In this document: piece by piece, positions 1-9,019 of the stretch | Position numbering within the stretch: position 1 is the stretch's first letter | Layout: each line of letters opens with the position of its first letter | From: Candidatus Thalassarchaeaceae archaeon | Lineage (GTDB): Archaea; Thermoplasmatota; Poseidoniia; Poseidoniales; Thalassarchaeaceae | DNA length: 64,000 nucleotides | Direction of reading: 5' to 3' | Assembly: GCA_023268715.1 (NCBI GenBank) | Contig: JALRLV010000002.1 | Coordinates: forward strand, 18,737 to 82,736 | Notes under the pieces: generated by a model | What the model saw: only the letters and a program-made list of their open reading frames with translations | Database searches by the model: none | What the model was told of the DNA's origin: nothing | Translations under genes and position numbers: made by a program

Positions 1-1
1 C

Positions 2-3000
2 TTACTTCACCAAATGGATATTGATGACGATGGTGATGATGATATTCAAGTCGGGCTTACTGTTAATTTGAACAATATAGACTTAACCGGAACAACTCTT
101 TCTGCATCTCCACAATTAGATTACCAAGTTAGTGTTCTTCCATCAAGCACAACGGATTCAGATTGGGATGATTTGCAAACCCTTGAGGTTAGTATTCTCA
201 AAGCGTTTGCATACTCCGATGGGATTCTAAACGAAGGAGAATCTTATGTTTGGGTCATTGATTCAAAATTCACCCACGTCCCCTATGATTTTACTTTGGG
301 CGTTGGTTTAGAGAGAATTACGTTTGATTTGTCAGAGGCCGGAAGTAGTCTAATTTTATCCATAGTTAACGCACTTACATTCGGGATTTTCAATGGTGGC
401 GATGAATCAGGAATCAGTATCTCATCCATAGCAGCGCCATATCAAATTTCGATTGATAATTCAGGGCAAACTGAATGCCCGGCCCGTTACTCCCCAATCG
501 AGCTGACAACTTTGCCTTCAAGCGAGATATCTTGTGGAGTGACTGCTGGATTTGGATATGTTCACTTTTCACCACCTGATTCTCAGGATAATAGAGAAGT
601 TTGGGAAGTCGCATATATCGAGGCTACAATACATCCAAATAGACTTTCAACTACTATTCCTGAGCTTGTAGAAGTAACCATCCGAACCGATAGTACCCTT
701 GCTGACGGAACTGGTAATCTAGGCGAAAATGGATTGGATACGTTGGAGTATTGGGCCGATGAGCGAGCCGATTTGCACATTCACTTCCATGAAAATAGAA
801 CAGGGGACCCTGGAGAAACTTCTGAAGGCAATTACGGCAATGTGACTGACTCAATGGGTTGGTTCCGAGGTATGCCGAAAGGAAGTCTGACTGCGGAAGA
901 AATAGATCGTACATTCACGATGTTGGGATCTAAATCGCAACCGGAATTACCAGGAGGTCAACCAGACCGTCTAGGCTTGATAATAGCTGTAAAAAACTTC
1001 ACCAGAGATAATTCTCAAAATGTCGATGATCCGTCTCTACCAGTTAACCCCGCGTATCCTCCCAAGACACTAGTCCTAGTTCGTTCAATACAATCTATAG
1101 AATCTGTAGAATACTATTCTTGGATGAAACGAGGGGGTGCGGAAGCAGACCATAGACGAATCCAAATTACTGCTAAAGAAATCCCTACTGCTATAGTATT
1201 CTTTGGTTCTTTTGAATTAGGAGGTGCCGATGAGGCGGACACCAGCTTTGATACGGGTCAGAATCTAGATTTCCTCTCTAGAATTTTAGATGTCGTTCTG
1301 ATAAATATAGTAGACATATTCCTAGACATTGGTACTATATTGAACGGCATTCCATCAGCTGCTGTTGATGTAATTGGTGGAGGAATCGGCGGTTCTGGCG
1401 GTCTATCAGGTGAGACACTTCACCTACTAATGCACAATAATTGGAGAATAGATAGGGAAGCTCGCTCAATTTCCGAGGTAGGTCTTCAAATCGGCTCGAG
1501 CCCCCATCCAACAATGTCTGGTGATCATCTCATCTTGTCAAAAGATAGAGGATTAGACACTGTGGAAGGTCGGAACGGACCGCAGACTCCTTTGGTTCAG
1601 GTGGCTGCAAGTTTACGATTCAGTGGACTCAGTTCATTTACTCTGATAGACGAAATTGAAACTGACTCTCAGTCATTGTCTCTTCGTACCACTGCGGAAA
1701 AATCATTCACATTCCTCTACATCGACCATCAGCATTCCAATCTTGTAGATGCTGCACATCAGGGTTTATGGATTTCAGACATTCCTGACAATTTAACCGC
1801 AGATTTAACTCCAGAATTAGCCACATATTCTGCTAGTTCCACCATCGATAGGATTAGTTATACAGGAATTGAAGGAAATCAGAGACAAGCCGCACATATT
1901 CTGGATGTTCCAGCAGAATTTACTGTTGAATTTGGAGACACCACTAAGTGGACAGCATCTTCTCCTATTTCGACAATCCACGCGCAACTTACTGATTCCG
2001 AAAACCCAATCACGATGAGCGGAGATCACTTTCTTTTCCACCATCATCCGGAAGATGGAAGTTCAACAATTTCAACCAGAATTTCTGGTCTACAAGAGGT
2101 TGGTTGGAAAGCTCCTGCTGTACCTGGTGCAACCGGCGCGATGGGGCAAGGTACCGCCTTTATGTCCATAGCAGGAGATCGAACTATGAGTATCAATGTG
2201 GATCACGCACCAACTCAAGATGAAGGAGGCCTTTCTGCGTTGGTTCTTATCGATCCTCTTCCGTCAAATGTTTCAGTAGATATTCCAACCGGGGCCGAGG
2301 CGGGGAATAATTTGGTAATCCCAGAATTGAATACCTCGCAAGGGGTGTCTGGAGTTGCCTTTTTCCTTGGAGGATTTGCTGATTTGGGTCGCTCTGTCAA
2401 TACTGTACTTTCTGGAGTGACAAGCGAAATTTCTACAGGTACAGCCGGAGGAAATGGTTCCTTTTCTTATGGCATGGAGCTAGATGCTGATAGCGAGTTT
2501 GACCTAATCTTCGAGGCCAGTCAAGGTAACGGGACAGCGGATGAACCAGCATGGGTTCATGGGATTTCGATGAATGCCGCCCCAACTGGAATTTCTGATG
2601 GCTTCCATATTCGAGGTTGGATTCCAAATCTACCCCCATTAATCGATATCACAGTCAGTCGTGTGCCTAACTCAAATGGAGAAGATTGGACAATTATGTT
2701 GGGTATGGAAGGGTGGCTTCCTGCAAGGAGTGAATTCATGCTAAATGCCAAAGGCGTTAATGGACAAGACTTGATGTTGACGTTACAAGGTTTGACTGTT
2801 GGTGAAGCAACTGACTTGGGTATTGACTCTCAATTCACCATTAAGGAAACTACTGGCGGAATTAATGAGGTTACTACCTCGACTCGTTTCGTACTATCCA
2901 ACAGGCTGGATTGGATTCATGCTGAGCTCATCAATAGGGAAGCCGGTGCTAGAACAGAGATGCTAATCAACGATATACCTGAATCAATTGATTTACTAGC

Positions 3001-3817
3001 TAGCCTTGGTACTTCAATTTCGATTGACATGATTGTGCCTGAAGAATATCGTCGGGATGGCCCGGCGGTAGATTCCATCATGTTGCAACAGATGCAGTGG
3101 ATGGAAGGCGCTTGGTGGCCTGCTACAGTTTTCTTAACCGATGTTCCAAACTCGATTAATCTGACCACACAAGCAGATTTTGATTATGACATTACCAAAA
3201 CTCTAGCATTCCAAGGTACTCCTGTCCTTGATTTCTCAGCATCAGATAGTGGAATGTCGTTGTATATTGAGGCAAATGGTAGAGCCATAAACAATCGCGG
3301 TGACATAATATTGCTCGCTGAAGGATTGACAGACCGTATGGTGATTAAGCCAACCTCTGATTATGGTCTAGCAATTCGAAGCGGAGGTGACGGTGTTGAG
3401 AGAATCTACCTCAGAGCCTCCAATATGCCAACTACCCCTCCTGTGGTAATTGAGGAAGTAGAGGCACTTGGAGAAAATCTGAGAAGTGCAACAATTCGTG
3501 TTGTCGAGATTGCGGGGCCGTACAGCATCATAGAATTGGAAGATGTTCAAGGTGGGAAAATAATCGCTTCAGCCCGTGCCATCGCTGAGGTAGATGCCCT
3601 TGGGACCACCTTCGATCTGCGAGGGGTTCTCCTAGATGCTCAAACCACAGGAGGGGTCCCTACTGGAACCAGTATTGGAGTCAATGGATTAGCATCTGAC
3701 CTGTCTCTTTTGAATTTGGTACCGGGTTTTGAGGGATCAACTCATCACATTATTGTCCCAGAACCATTTTCTTCTGGACTTCTGACTTTAGGTGCAACTT
3801 TCTTGGGGGGTGATTGA
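2..3817 (+). CDS. Giant secreted/surface protein, 5'-partial (the ORF runs off the window start)
   Basis: The open frame continues to nt 2 with no upstream stop. The first in-window Met is followed by an acidic, non-signal sequence, so the true N-terminus lies outside the window. Over 1260 aa in-window, hydrophilic with Gly/Ser-rich stretches and no recognisable catalytic motif. The C-terminus ends VPEPFSSGLLTLGATFLGGD. Confidence 0.5.
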   Translation, partial: LLHQMDIDDDGDDDIQVGLTVNLNNIDLTGTTLSASPQLDYQVSVLPSSTTDSDWDDLQTLEVSILKAFAYSDGILNEGESYVWVIDSKFTHVPYDFTLGVGLERITFDLSEAGSSLILSIVNALTFGIFNGGDESGISISSIAAPYQISIDNSGQTECPARYSPIELTTLPSSEISCGVTAGFGYVHFSPPDSQDNREVWEVAYIEATIHPNRLSTTIPELVEVTIRTDSTLADGTGNLGENGLDTLEYWADERADLHIHFHENRTGDPGETSEGNYGNVTDSMGWFRGMPKGSLTAEEIDRTFTMLGSKSQPELPGGQPDRLGLIIAVKNFTRDNSQNVDDPSLPVNPAYPPKTLVLVRSIQSIESVEYYSWMKRGGAEADHRRIQITAKEIPTAIVFFGSFELGGADEADTSFDTGQNLDFLSRILDVVLINIVDIFLDIGTILNGIPSAAVDVIGGGIGGSGGLSGETLHLLMHNNWRIDREARSISEVGLQIGSSPHPTMSGDHLILSKDRGLDTVEGRNGPQTPLVQVAASLRFSGLSSFTLIDEIETDSQSLSLRTTAEKSFTFLYIDHQHSNLVDAAHQGLWISDIPDNLTADLTPELATYSASSTIDRISYTGIEGNQRQAAHILDVPAEFTVEFGDTTKWTASSPISTIHAQLTDSENPITMSGDHFLFHHHPEDGSSTISTRISGLQEVGWKAPAVPGATGAMGQGTAFMSIAGDRTMSINVDHAPTQDEGGLSALVLIDPLPSNVSVDIPTGAEAGNNLVIPELNTSQGVSGVAFFLGGFADLGRSVNTVLSGVTSEISTGTAGGNGSFSYGMELDADSEFDLIFEASQGNGTADEPAWVHGISMNAAPTGISDGFHIRGWIPNLPPLIDITVSRVPNSNGEDWTIMLGMEGWLPARSEFMLNAKGVNGQDLMLTLQGLTVGEATDLGIDSQFTIKETTGGINEVTTSTRFVLSNRLDWIHAELINREAGARTEMLINDIPESIDLLASLGTSISIDMIVPEEYRRDGPAVDSIMLQQMQWMEGAWWPATVFLTDVPNSINLTTQADFDYDITKTLAFQGTPVLDFSASDSGMSLYIEANGRAINNRGDIILLAEGLTDRMVIKPTSDYGLAIRSGGDGVERIYLRASNMPTTPPVVIEEVEALGENLRSATIRVVEIAGPYSIIELEDVQGGKIIASARAIAEVDALGTTFDLRGVLLDAQTTGGVPTGTSIGVNGLASDLSLLNLVPGFEGSTHHIIVPEPFSSGLLTLGATFLGGD

Positions 3818-3827
3818 TTTGGGATTG

Positions 3828-4385
3828 ATGGATAAAATTCGCTCTCAAAATGAGGAGTTAGAAACTCCGGATGCAGCAACAGAACGAGCCCATGAGATTC
3901 TCCAAATCGTTGGTCAGCGAGTTGAGAAAGTCCGACCAAGTAGAGTAATTTTTGCCTCCGTGGCCGTATTACTGATACTGAGCGGAATCATGATTATTGG
4001 AACTTGGATTGTCCCATATGACAGAACTTCCGTGGATGTTGTCTATCTTCAGGGAGTCGGTGGCCATGTTGTTTTAGTTGAATTAGATAACAAAGGATCT
4101 CGTTCAATTACTGATGTCCAATTAGATATCAGATTTTTAGACGACGATAGTAACGAGATTTCAAAGTCTACCTTTGAAACCGATGAGATCGCCGCCCATA
4201 CTTCGATTGCTGGCGATGATCTTGAACTAATTGCCCAAGGTCCATCGGTTTGGGAGAATTATACTATCGAGATTATCCTAGAATACACCTACAGCGGTAA
4301 AGAATATAATGAAAGATGGACGTATAATGTAGGTGGTTGGACTATGGAGATGTTTACCTATGACGCACCAATGCACTTCTTTTGA
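3828..4385 (+). CDS. Small single-pass membrane protein with an extracytoplasmic beta-rich domain (hypothetical)
   Basis: ATG at 3828 in the ORF-track frame; the track start at 3792 is a GTG that overlaps the upstream gene. One hydrophobic helix (VIFASVAVLLILSGIMIIGTWIV) follows a short cytoplasmic N-terminus. No family recognised. Confidence 0.35.
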   Translation: MDKIRSQNEELETPDAATERAHEILQIVGQRVEKVRPSRVIFASVAVLLILSGIMIIGTWIVPYDRTSVDVVYLQGVGGHVVLVELDNKGSRSITDVQLDIRFLDDDSNEISKSTFETDEIAAHTSIAGDDLELIAQGPSVWENYTIEIILEYTYSGKEYNERWTYNVGGWTMEMFTYDAPMHFF

Positions 4386-4462
4386 CACGACCTATGGTCG
4401 TGAGACAATCACAATACAGTTTACCCTAATGCTGAAAGGCGACCCAATTGGGGGCTGATTCC

Positions 4463-7400
4463 ATGGGACAGAGAATTGCAGTTGTGCTAATCGGGTTATT
4501 CCTAATATCTCTGATTCCGGCTGGTGATTTTTACATCAACCAATCCGAAGATTCAACTGAGGCTCTAGATTGGTCGGTCAAGCGTATAGAAATAGCCGCT
4601 GACCCTAATTCAATTCAAGACCTTGTATCGCCAAAAGTGACACAGGGATTTGAAAGGCTTAGAGATAGTACTGCTGATTCTAGTATTGGAGTGTACACCG
4701 AGTCTGGATTGATTCCATCCGTCCATCTGCCAAATTCTCTTACTCAGGCACGTTGGGATTTAGCGATGGTAATAGTAGACGGAGGCGTTGGAATTTGGGA
4801 TGCTCGCTTAGAGGTTGAATCATCAGCTGAAGTTGAGATAAGAACGACCATACCTCCTTCGGGTTTCTTGGTTCAAGGAACAACCGAAGAATTGGATAAG
4901 TTGGCGGCGAACTCCGTAGTTGTTGCAGTCCATCCAGTCCCAACTGGACTGCTTGTCCACCCATTGCTGACAGTCGTCGATGAAGGCTCGATAATGGTAG
5001 AAATCCTCGGTTGGAAGGATGATAATCTACAGCGACATATGGAACCAGGTCTTGGATTGTCAGGTTCCCTTACAGATGTTGCAGGAAAGTGGCTTACCGA
5101 CGGATGGAGTCCCGAGGAAGGTAGATATTGGGGTGAAATTGAACTTTCTAAACTAGCGGATATGATTGAAGATCCTGCTGTAGCCTATGTCGCCCCGTTG
5201 CCTGTTCTAGAATTAAAGAACGACAATGCTCGAACCCATATGGGAATAAATTCGGTTGAATCTTTCTTCATCACAAACATAGATGGCACTGGCCAAACTG
5301 TAGCTGTTGGTGACTCTGGAATAGATCACGATCATGGAGATTTCAATAACCGTATTTCAGGTAGAAATTCCGTTACACCGGGAGATTCCTCGACAGCCGA
5401 TTTATCTGATGGACACGGAACTCATGTTGCCTGCACAGTACTAGGTTCTGGAATGAGAAGTAGTGGCACCTATGAGGGGGTAGCACCGGGGGCCGACCTA
5501 TATTTCCAAGCGATGGAGGATGATGATACCGGTGCCCTATACAGTTACGGAATCAACAGTATGTTGAATTCTGCTTACAATGCAGGCGCTCGCCTACACA
5601 CAAATAGTTGGGGCGCAGGCAGTGGTTTCGGATCTTACTCAACTCAATCTGAGGATGCAGACGACCGAACTTCCACTTGGGACCAATACTGGAATTATGA
5701 TGGAATGACGGTACTCTTTGCAGCAGGAAATGAAAGAAACGATGGTGTTTCTCCACCGGGCACAGCGAAGAATGTAATCACCGTTGGAGGACACAAGAAC
5801 CGATACAGTGGCTCTCCTGATGAGATGTACTATTGGAGCAGTCGAGGGCCTACAGATGATGGTCGCCTTAAGCCGGATTTAGTGGGTCCAGGTGATGGTG
5901 TTCGCTCATGTCTATCACAAGAGGCCGAGGAAGCATCTTCTGGTTGGTCAAATAATTGGTACATTGAGTATAGCGGTACTTCGATGGCAACCCCTGCTGC
6001 TGCGGGTGCCGCAACCCTCGTGCGACAATATCTCATGGATGTTGCAAATAGGCCCGCTCCCCAAGGAGCATTAGTAAAGGCACTACTAATCCTAGGTGCT
6101 CAGGATATGGGTGCTAGAAATATTCCAAACAATGACGAGGGCTGGGGTAGGGTCAATCTTGTCAATTCCCTTATTCCAGATAGCGATGAAGGTATTTTCG
6201 TCGATGACCGAAGTCGTATTTCTTCTGGTCAAACAAAGGAATACACATTCGATGTTACAAGAGGCGCAGAGCCACTGAAAGTGGTATTGGCATGGTCCGA
6301 TTATCCCGGCTCTTCACAAAGTACCAATCAGTTACGTAATGATTTGAATCTAGAGGTGATTCATCCCAATGGAGGAACTTCCTTCAAAGGTAATGTTTTC
6401 AATGGCGGGAAATCAATTTCTGGTGGTAATTTCGATAATAAAAACAACGTCGAAGTAGTGCTAATTGATAATGCAGGCGTAGGTACATGGACAGTCCGTG
6501 TGACTGATGATTATCATGGCGGAAGTCGGACTTGGCAACCGTATGCTTTAGCCGTAAGAGGCGTAAATGTAAACGACCTTTCACCCGATCCCTCATTTGC
6601 TCCCGATGTTACTATCAACCCTCCAATTCCACAAATCGGAGACCCCGTACAAATTGGAGTTACTGTCCAAAACCTTGGTGCTGGGTCGGTATCAGATCTG
6701 GAGGTAATGGCAAGGGCAGATGGTAGCCTTATCTCCACTCAAACGATTTCACTGAGTCCCGGTGATTCGGTCGATGTTCAGTGGAATTGGAATCCATCGA
6801 CTGAAGGTCTAGTCGATTTGTCCTTCCACATAGATCCGAATGATTTAGTGGAAGAATCAAATGAAGGAAATAACCTTCTTACACATACTATGGTAATAAG
6901 CGCACCCGGAGTTAGGGTAACTTCAGATGAACCATTCATGACTTTAGGGGAAACAGATGATAGTTCCACCTCATGGAATTTGGTTCTAACAAATACTGCA
7001 TTATTCGAGACAAATGCAACAATCGTAGCAAGCTCACCTGTAAGGTTGAGTGATGGAGTTGAATTCGATTGGTATTCCTCACTTACTTCAAACACTTTTA
7101 ATCTGCTAGAAGCAGAATCGGTAGAGGTAGGTCTCACACTTATCCATCCGGCTCCTCCAGAACCCGGAACTTATGTAATGACGGTCACTGGAACGGATAT
7201 CGAGAATGACATTGAGTCTGAATTAGATTTGTATTTCGAAGTACCAATTTTAGCCTCTGCTGATGTACTGATTACATCAGGAAAAATTCCAGTCAGCCCT
7301 ATTTCGCAATCTCAATTGCAAGTATTCGTATCCAACGAGGGTAACGGACCTCAAACCTATGATGTGGAATTAAGTTCTCCTGCTGGGTGGCACTTAGGGT

Positions 7401-8956
7401 TGGATGCCTTAGGGGCTTTTGAGGGGTCATCTCACGGTTCAACGGGGACTCTTGCGGTGGGGGAAAGTCGAGCAATCGACATCACCGTGAATCCTCCCGG
7501 TGCAATGATTCCAGCAGGTTCTATTTTCGATGCTGGCCTGACTGTACACTCTAGAGTTAGTAGTGATTCTTGGTCAATTCCTCTTACCCTAGAGGTGATG
7601 GCGATAGATCAACTATCTGCAACCCCGATAAGTGATGGAATTCAGTATGAGGTTGCTCCTGATGAAACCTTGAATCTCGAAATTGATTTCCTGAACACAG
7701 GAAACCGACACTTAACTATGACTCCATATCAAAGAGCTATACCATCAGGTTGGTCGATCGTTGGTGGCCTCGATACATTGGAAGCACCGGCTGGTGAAAC
7801 CACAACTTGGTCGGTTACTTTGCAAGGTAATGGAAGAGCGACAAGTGGCGATTTCAAACTACGATTTGCTACTGAGGATGGTTTTTCGCTGGATTGGAAT
7901 AGAACCATCGATGTTCTATCTGCAGCAATTCCCAGCCTTGCGTTCCACCAAGTTGTTTTGGCAGATGGAACCACATCTGAAACTCCGTTGGGAATAGGTG
8001 CTTATCCAGTTGGAACCGGCTTTGATTTGGCATGGAAGGTTGAGAATGAAGGTACCTCAACTTGGCGTCCAACGACTTCAATTATCGTACCTGATAATGG
8101 CGATTGGCAAGCGGATTGCCTCACTACACCATCAACGCTAGCGCCTGGAGCGAGTAGTATAATCTGGTGCACGGTTGCCATTCCTCTCTCAGAACAAGCG
8201 GGTTCCGAGCCAGCAGTTACTCTCAGGATGGAAGGAGAAGGAGTTGTAGTTGAAAATTCCATTTCGCTGCTTGTAGATTCATTTTCGGCAGTTGTATGGG
8301 ATCTACGTACTGAAGACCCGATTGCCTATGAAAACTATCCAGTTCAGTTGACAATAGACGTTCAGAATATAGGGAATTCCCAAATAAATAACCGACTTGA
8401 TGTGAATGCGCCAAGTGGTTGGAATGTATTCATTGATGATGAATTATTAGTAATCCTGAGCCCGGGGGAATCTAGATCAATCGTAATCGAATTTACCCCA
8501 GATAGCGGTAGTGATGGCACCATTGAGGTGCAATTGCGAAATGGAGAAACCATCCAAGATTCTTCCTTCAGTTTTGAGGTCGATGTCTTACCTGCAGTAG
8601 GGGAGAGTGACAGCATCGCTTCTACTCTGATTCCCATTCTTGTAATTCTCGTAATTGTGCTTCTAGCAGGAGGTGGATTCTATGTGTTCCAACAAAAGGG
8701 TGGTAGCTTGGAATCAATAATGTCCAACGAGGCCGTAAGTAAGATTACGCAGTCCCTAAATATCGCTGAAAAAGAAAGTGGTTCAGGCATTGAATGCTGG
8801 GTCTGTAGCGGGGATATTACTGTCGGTGCGGCCTTAGCTTGCGGCAGTTGTGGAGCCCGATATCATCGTCCTGGTCAAGTCGGTGGCTGTGATATTCTGT
8901 CTCTCGGGAAATGCCTCAACTGCAATGCGGATTGGGATGAATTAGTTGACGCATAA
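4463..8956 (+). CDS. Membrane-anchored subtilisin-like serine protease (peptidase S8) with CARDB-like repeats and a cytoplasmic C4HC3 zinc-finger tail
   Basis: ATG at 4463 gives a signal peptide (MGQRIAVVLIGLFLISLIPAG). The S8 catalytic motifs appear in order: D in VGDSGIDHDHGDF, H in HGTHVACTVLG, N in FAAGNE, S in GTSMATPAAAGAA. After about 6.5 kb there are at least five Ig-like repeats with the x-V-x-N-x-G-N signature typical of CARDB/DUF11 domains. A C-terminal TM helix (IPILVILVIVLLAGGGFYVF) is followed by a Cys/His-rich tail, C-x2-C-x11-C-x2-C-x4-H-x7-C-x7-C-x2-C. Confidence 0.85.
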   Translation: MGQRIAVVLIGLFLISLIPAGDFYINQSEDSTEALDWSVKRIEIAADPNSIQDLVSPKVTQGFERLRDSTADSSIGVYTESGLIPSVHLPNSLTQARWDLAMVIVDGGVGIWDARLEVESSAEVEIRTTIPPSGFLVQGTTEELDKLAANSVVVAVHPVPTGLLVHPLLTVVDEGSIMVEILGWKDDNLQRHMEPGLGLSGSLTDVAGKWLTDGWSPEEGRYWGEIELSKLADMIEDPAVAYVAPLPVLELKNDNARTHMGINSVESFFITNIDGTGQTVAVGDSGIDHDHGDFNNRISGRNSVTPGDSSTADLSDGHGTHVACTVLGSGMRSSGTYEGVAPGADLYFQAMEDDDTGALYSYGINSMLNSAYNAGARLHTNSWGAGSGFGSYSTQSEDADDRTSTWDQYWNYDGMTVLFAAGNERNDGVSPPGTAKNVITVGGHKNRYSGSPDEMYYWSSRGPTDDGRLKPDLVGPGDGVRSCLSQEAEEASSGWSNNWYIEYSGTSMATPAAAGAATLVRQYLMDVANRPAPQGALVKALLILGAQDMGARNIPNNDEGWGRVNLVNSLIPDSDEGIFVDDRSRISSGQTKEYTFDVTRGAEPLKVVLAWSDYPGSSQSTNQLRNDLNLEVIHPNGGTSFKGNVFNGGKSISGGNFDNKNNVEVVLIDNAGVGTWTVRVTDDYHGGSRTWQPYALAVRGVNVNDLSPDPSFAPDVTINPPIPQIGDPVQIGVTVQNLGAGSVSDLEVMARADGSLISTQTISLSPGDSVDVQWNWNPSTEGLVDLSFHIDPNDLVEESNEGNNLLTHTMVISAPGVRVTSDEPFMTLGETDDSSTSWNLVLTNTALFETNATIVASSPVRLSDGVEFDWYSSLTSNTFNLLEAESVEVGLTLIHPAPPEPGTYVMTVTGTDIENDIESELDLYFEVPILASADVLITSGKIPVSPISQSQLQVFVSNEGNGPQTYDVELSSPAGWHLGLDALGAFEGSSHGSTGTLAVGESRAIDITVNPPGAMIPAGSIFDAGLTVHSRVSSDSWSIPLTLEVMAIDQLSATPISDGIQYEVAPDETLNLEIDFLNTGNRHLTMTPYQRAIPSGWSIVGGLDTLEAPAGETTTWSVTLQGNGRATSGDFKLRFATEDGFSLDWNRTIDVLSAAIPSLAFHQVVLADGTTSETPLGIGAYPVGTGFDLAWKVENEGTSTWRPTTSIIVPDNGDWQADCLTTPSTLAPGASSIIWCTVAIPLSEQAGSEPAVTLRMEGEGVVVENSISLLVDSFSAVVWDLRTEDPIAYENYPVQLTIDVQNIGNSQINNRLDVNAPSGWNVFIDDELLVILSPGESRSIVIEFTPDSGSDGTIEVQLRNGETIQDSSFSFEVDVLPAVGESDSIASTLIPILVILVIVLLAGGGFYVFQQKGGSLESIMSNEAVSKITQSLNIAEKESGSGIECWVCSGDITVGAALACGSCGARYHRPGQVGGCDILSLGKCLNCNADWDELVDA

Positions 8957-8958
8957 AT

Positions 8959-8978
8959 CGCGACCCCTTAGGGTCGCG
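8959..8978 (+). terminator. Stem-loop immediately after the subtilisin stop codon
   Basis: cgcgaccc / ctta / gggtcgcg is a perfect 8-bp stem with a 4-nt loop, starting 3 nt after the TAA at 8954-8956. Confidence 0.4.
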
Positions 8979-9019
8979 TAGCCCGAAGCCCTTAGAGGGG
9001 CCTGTTTGTCGGGCAAGCA

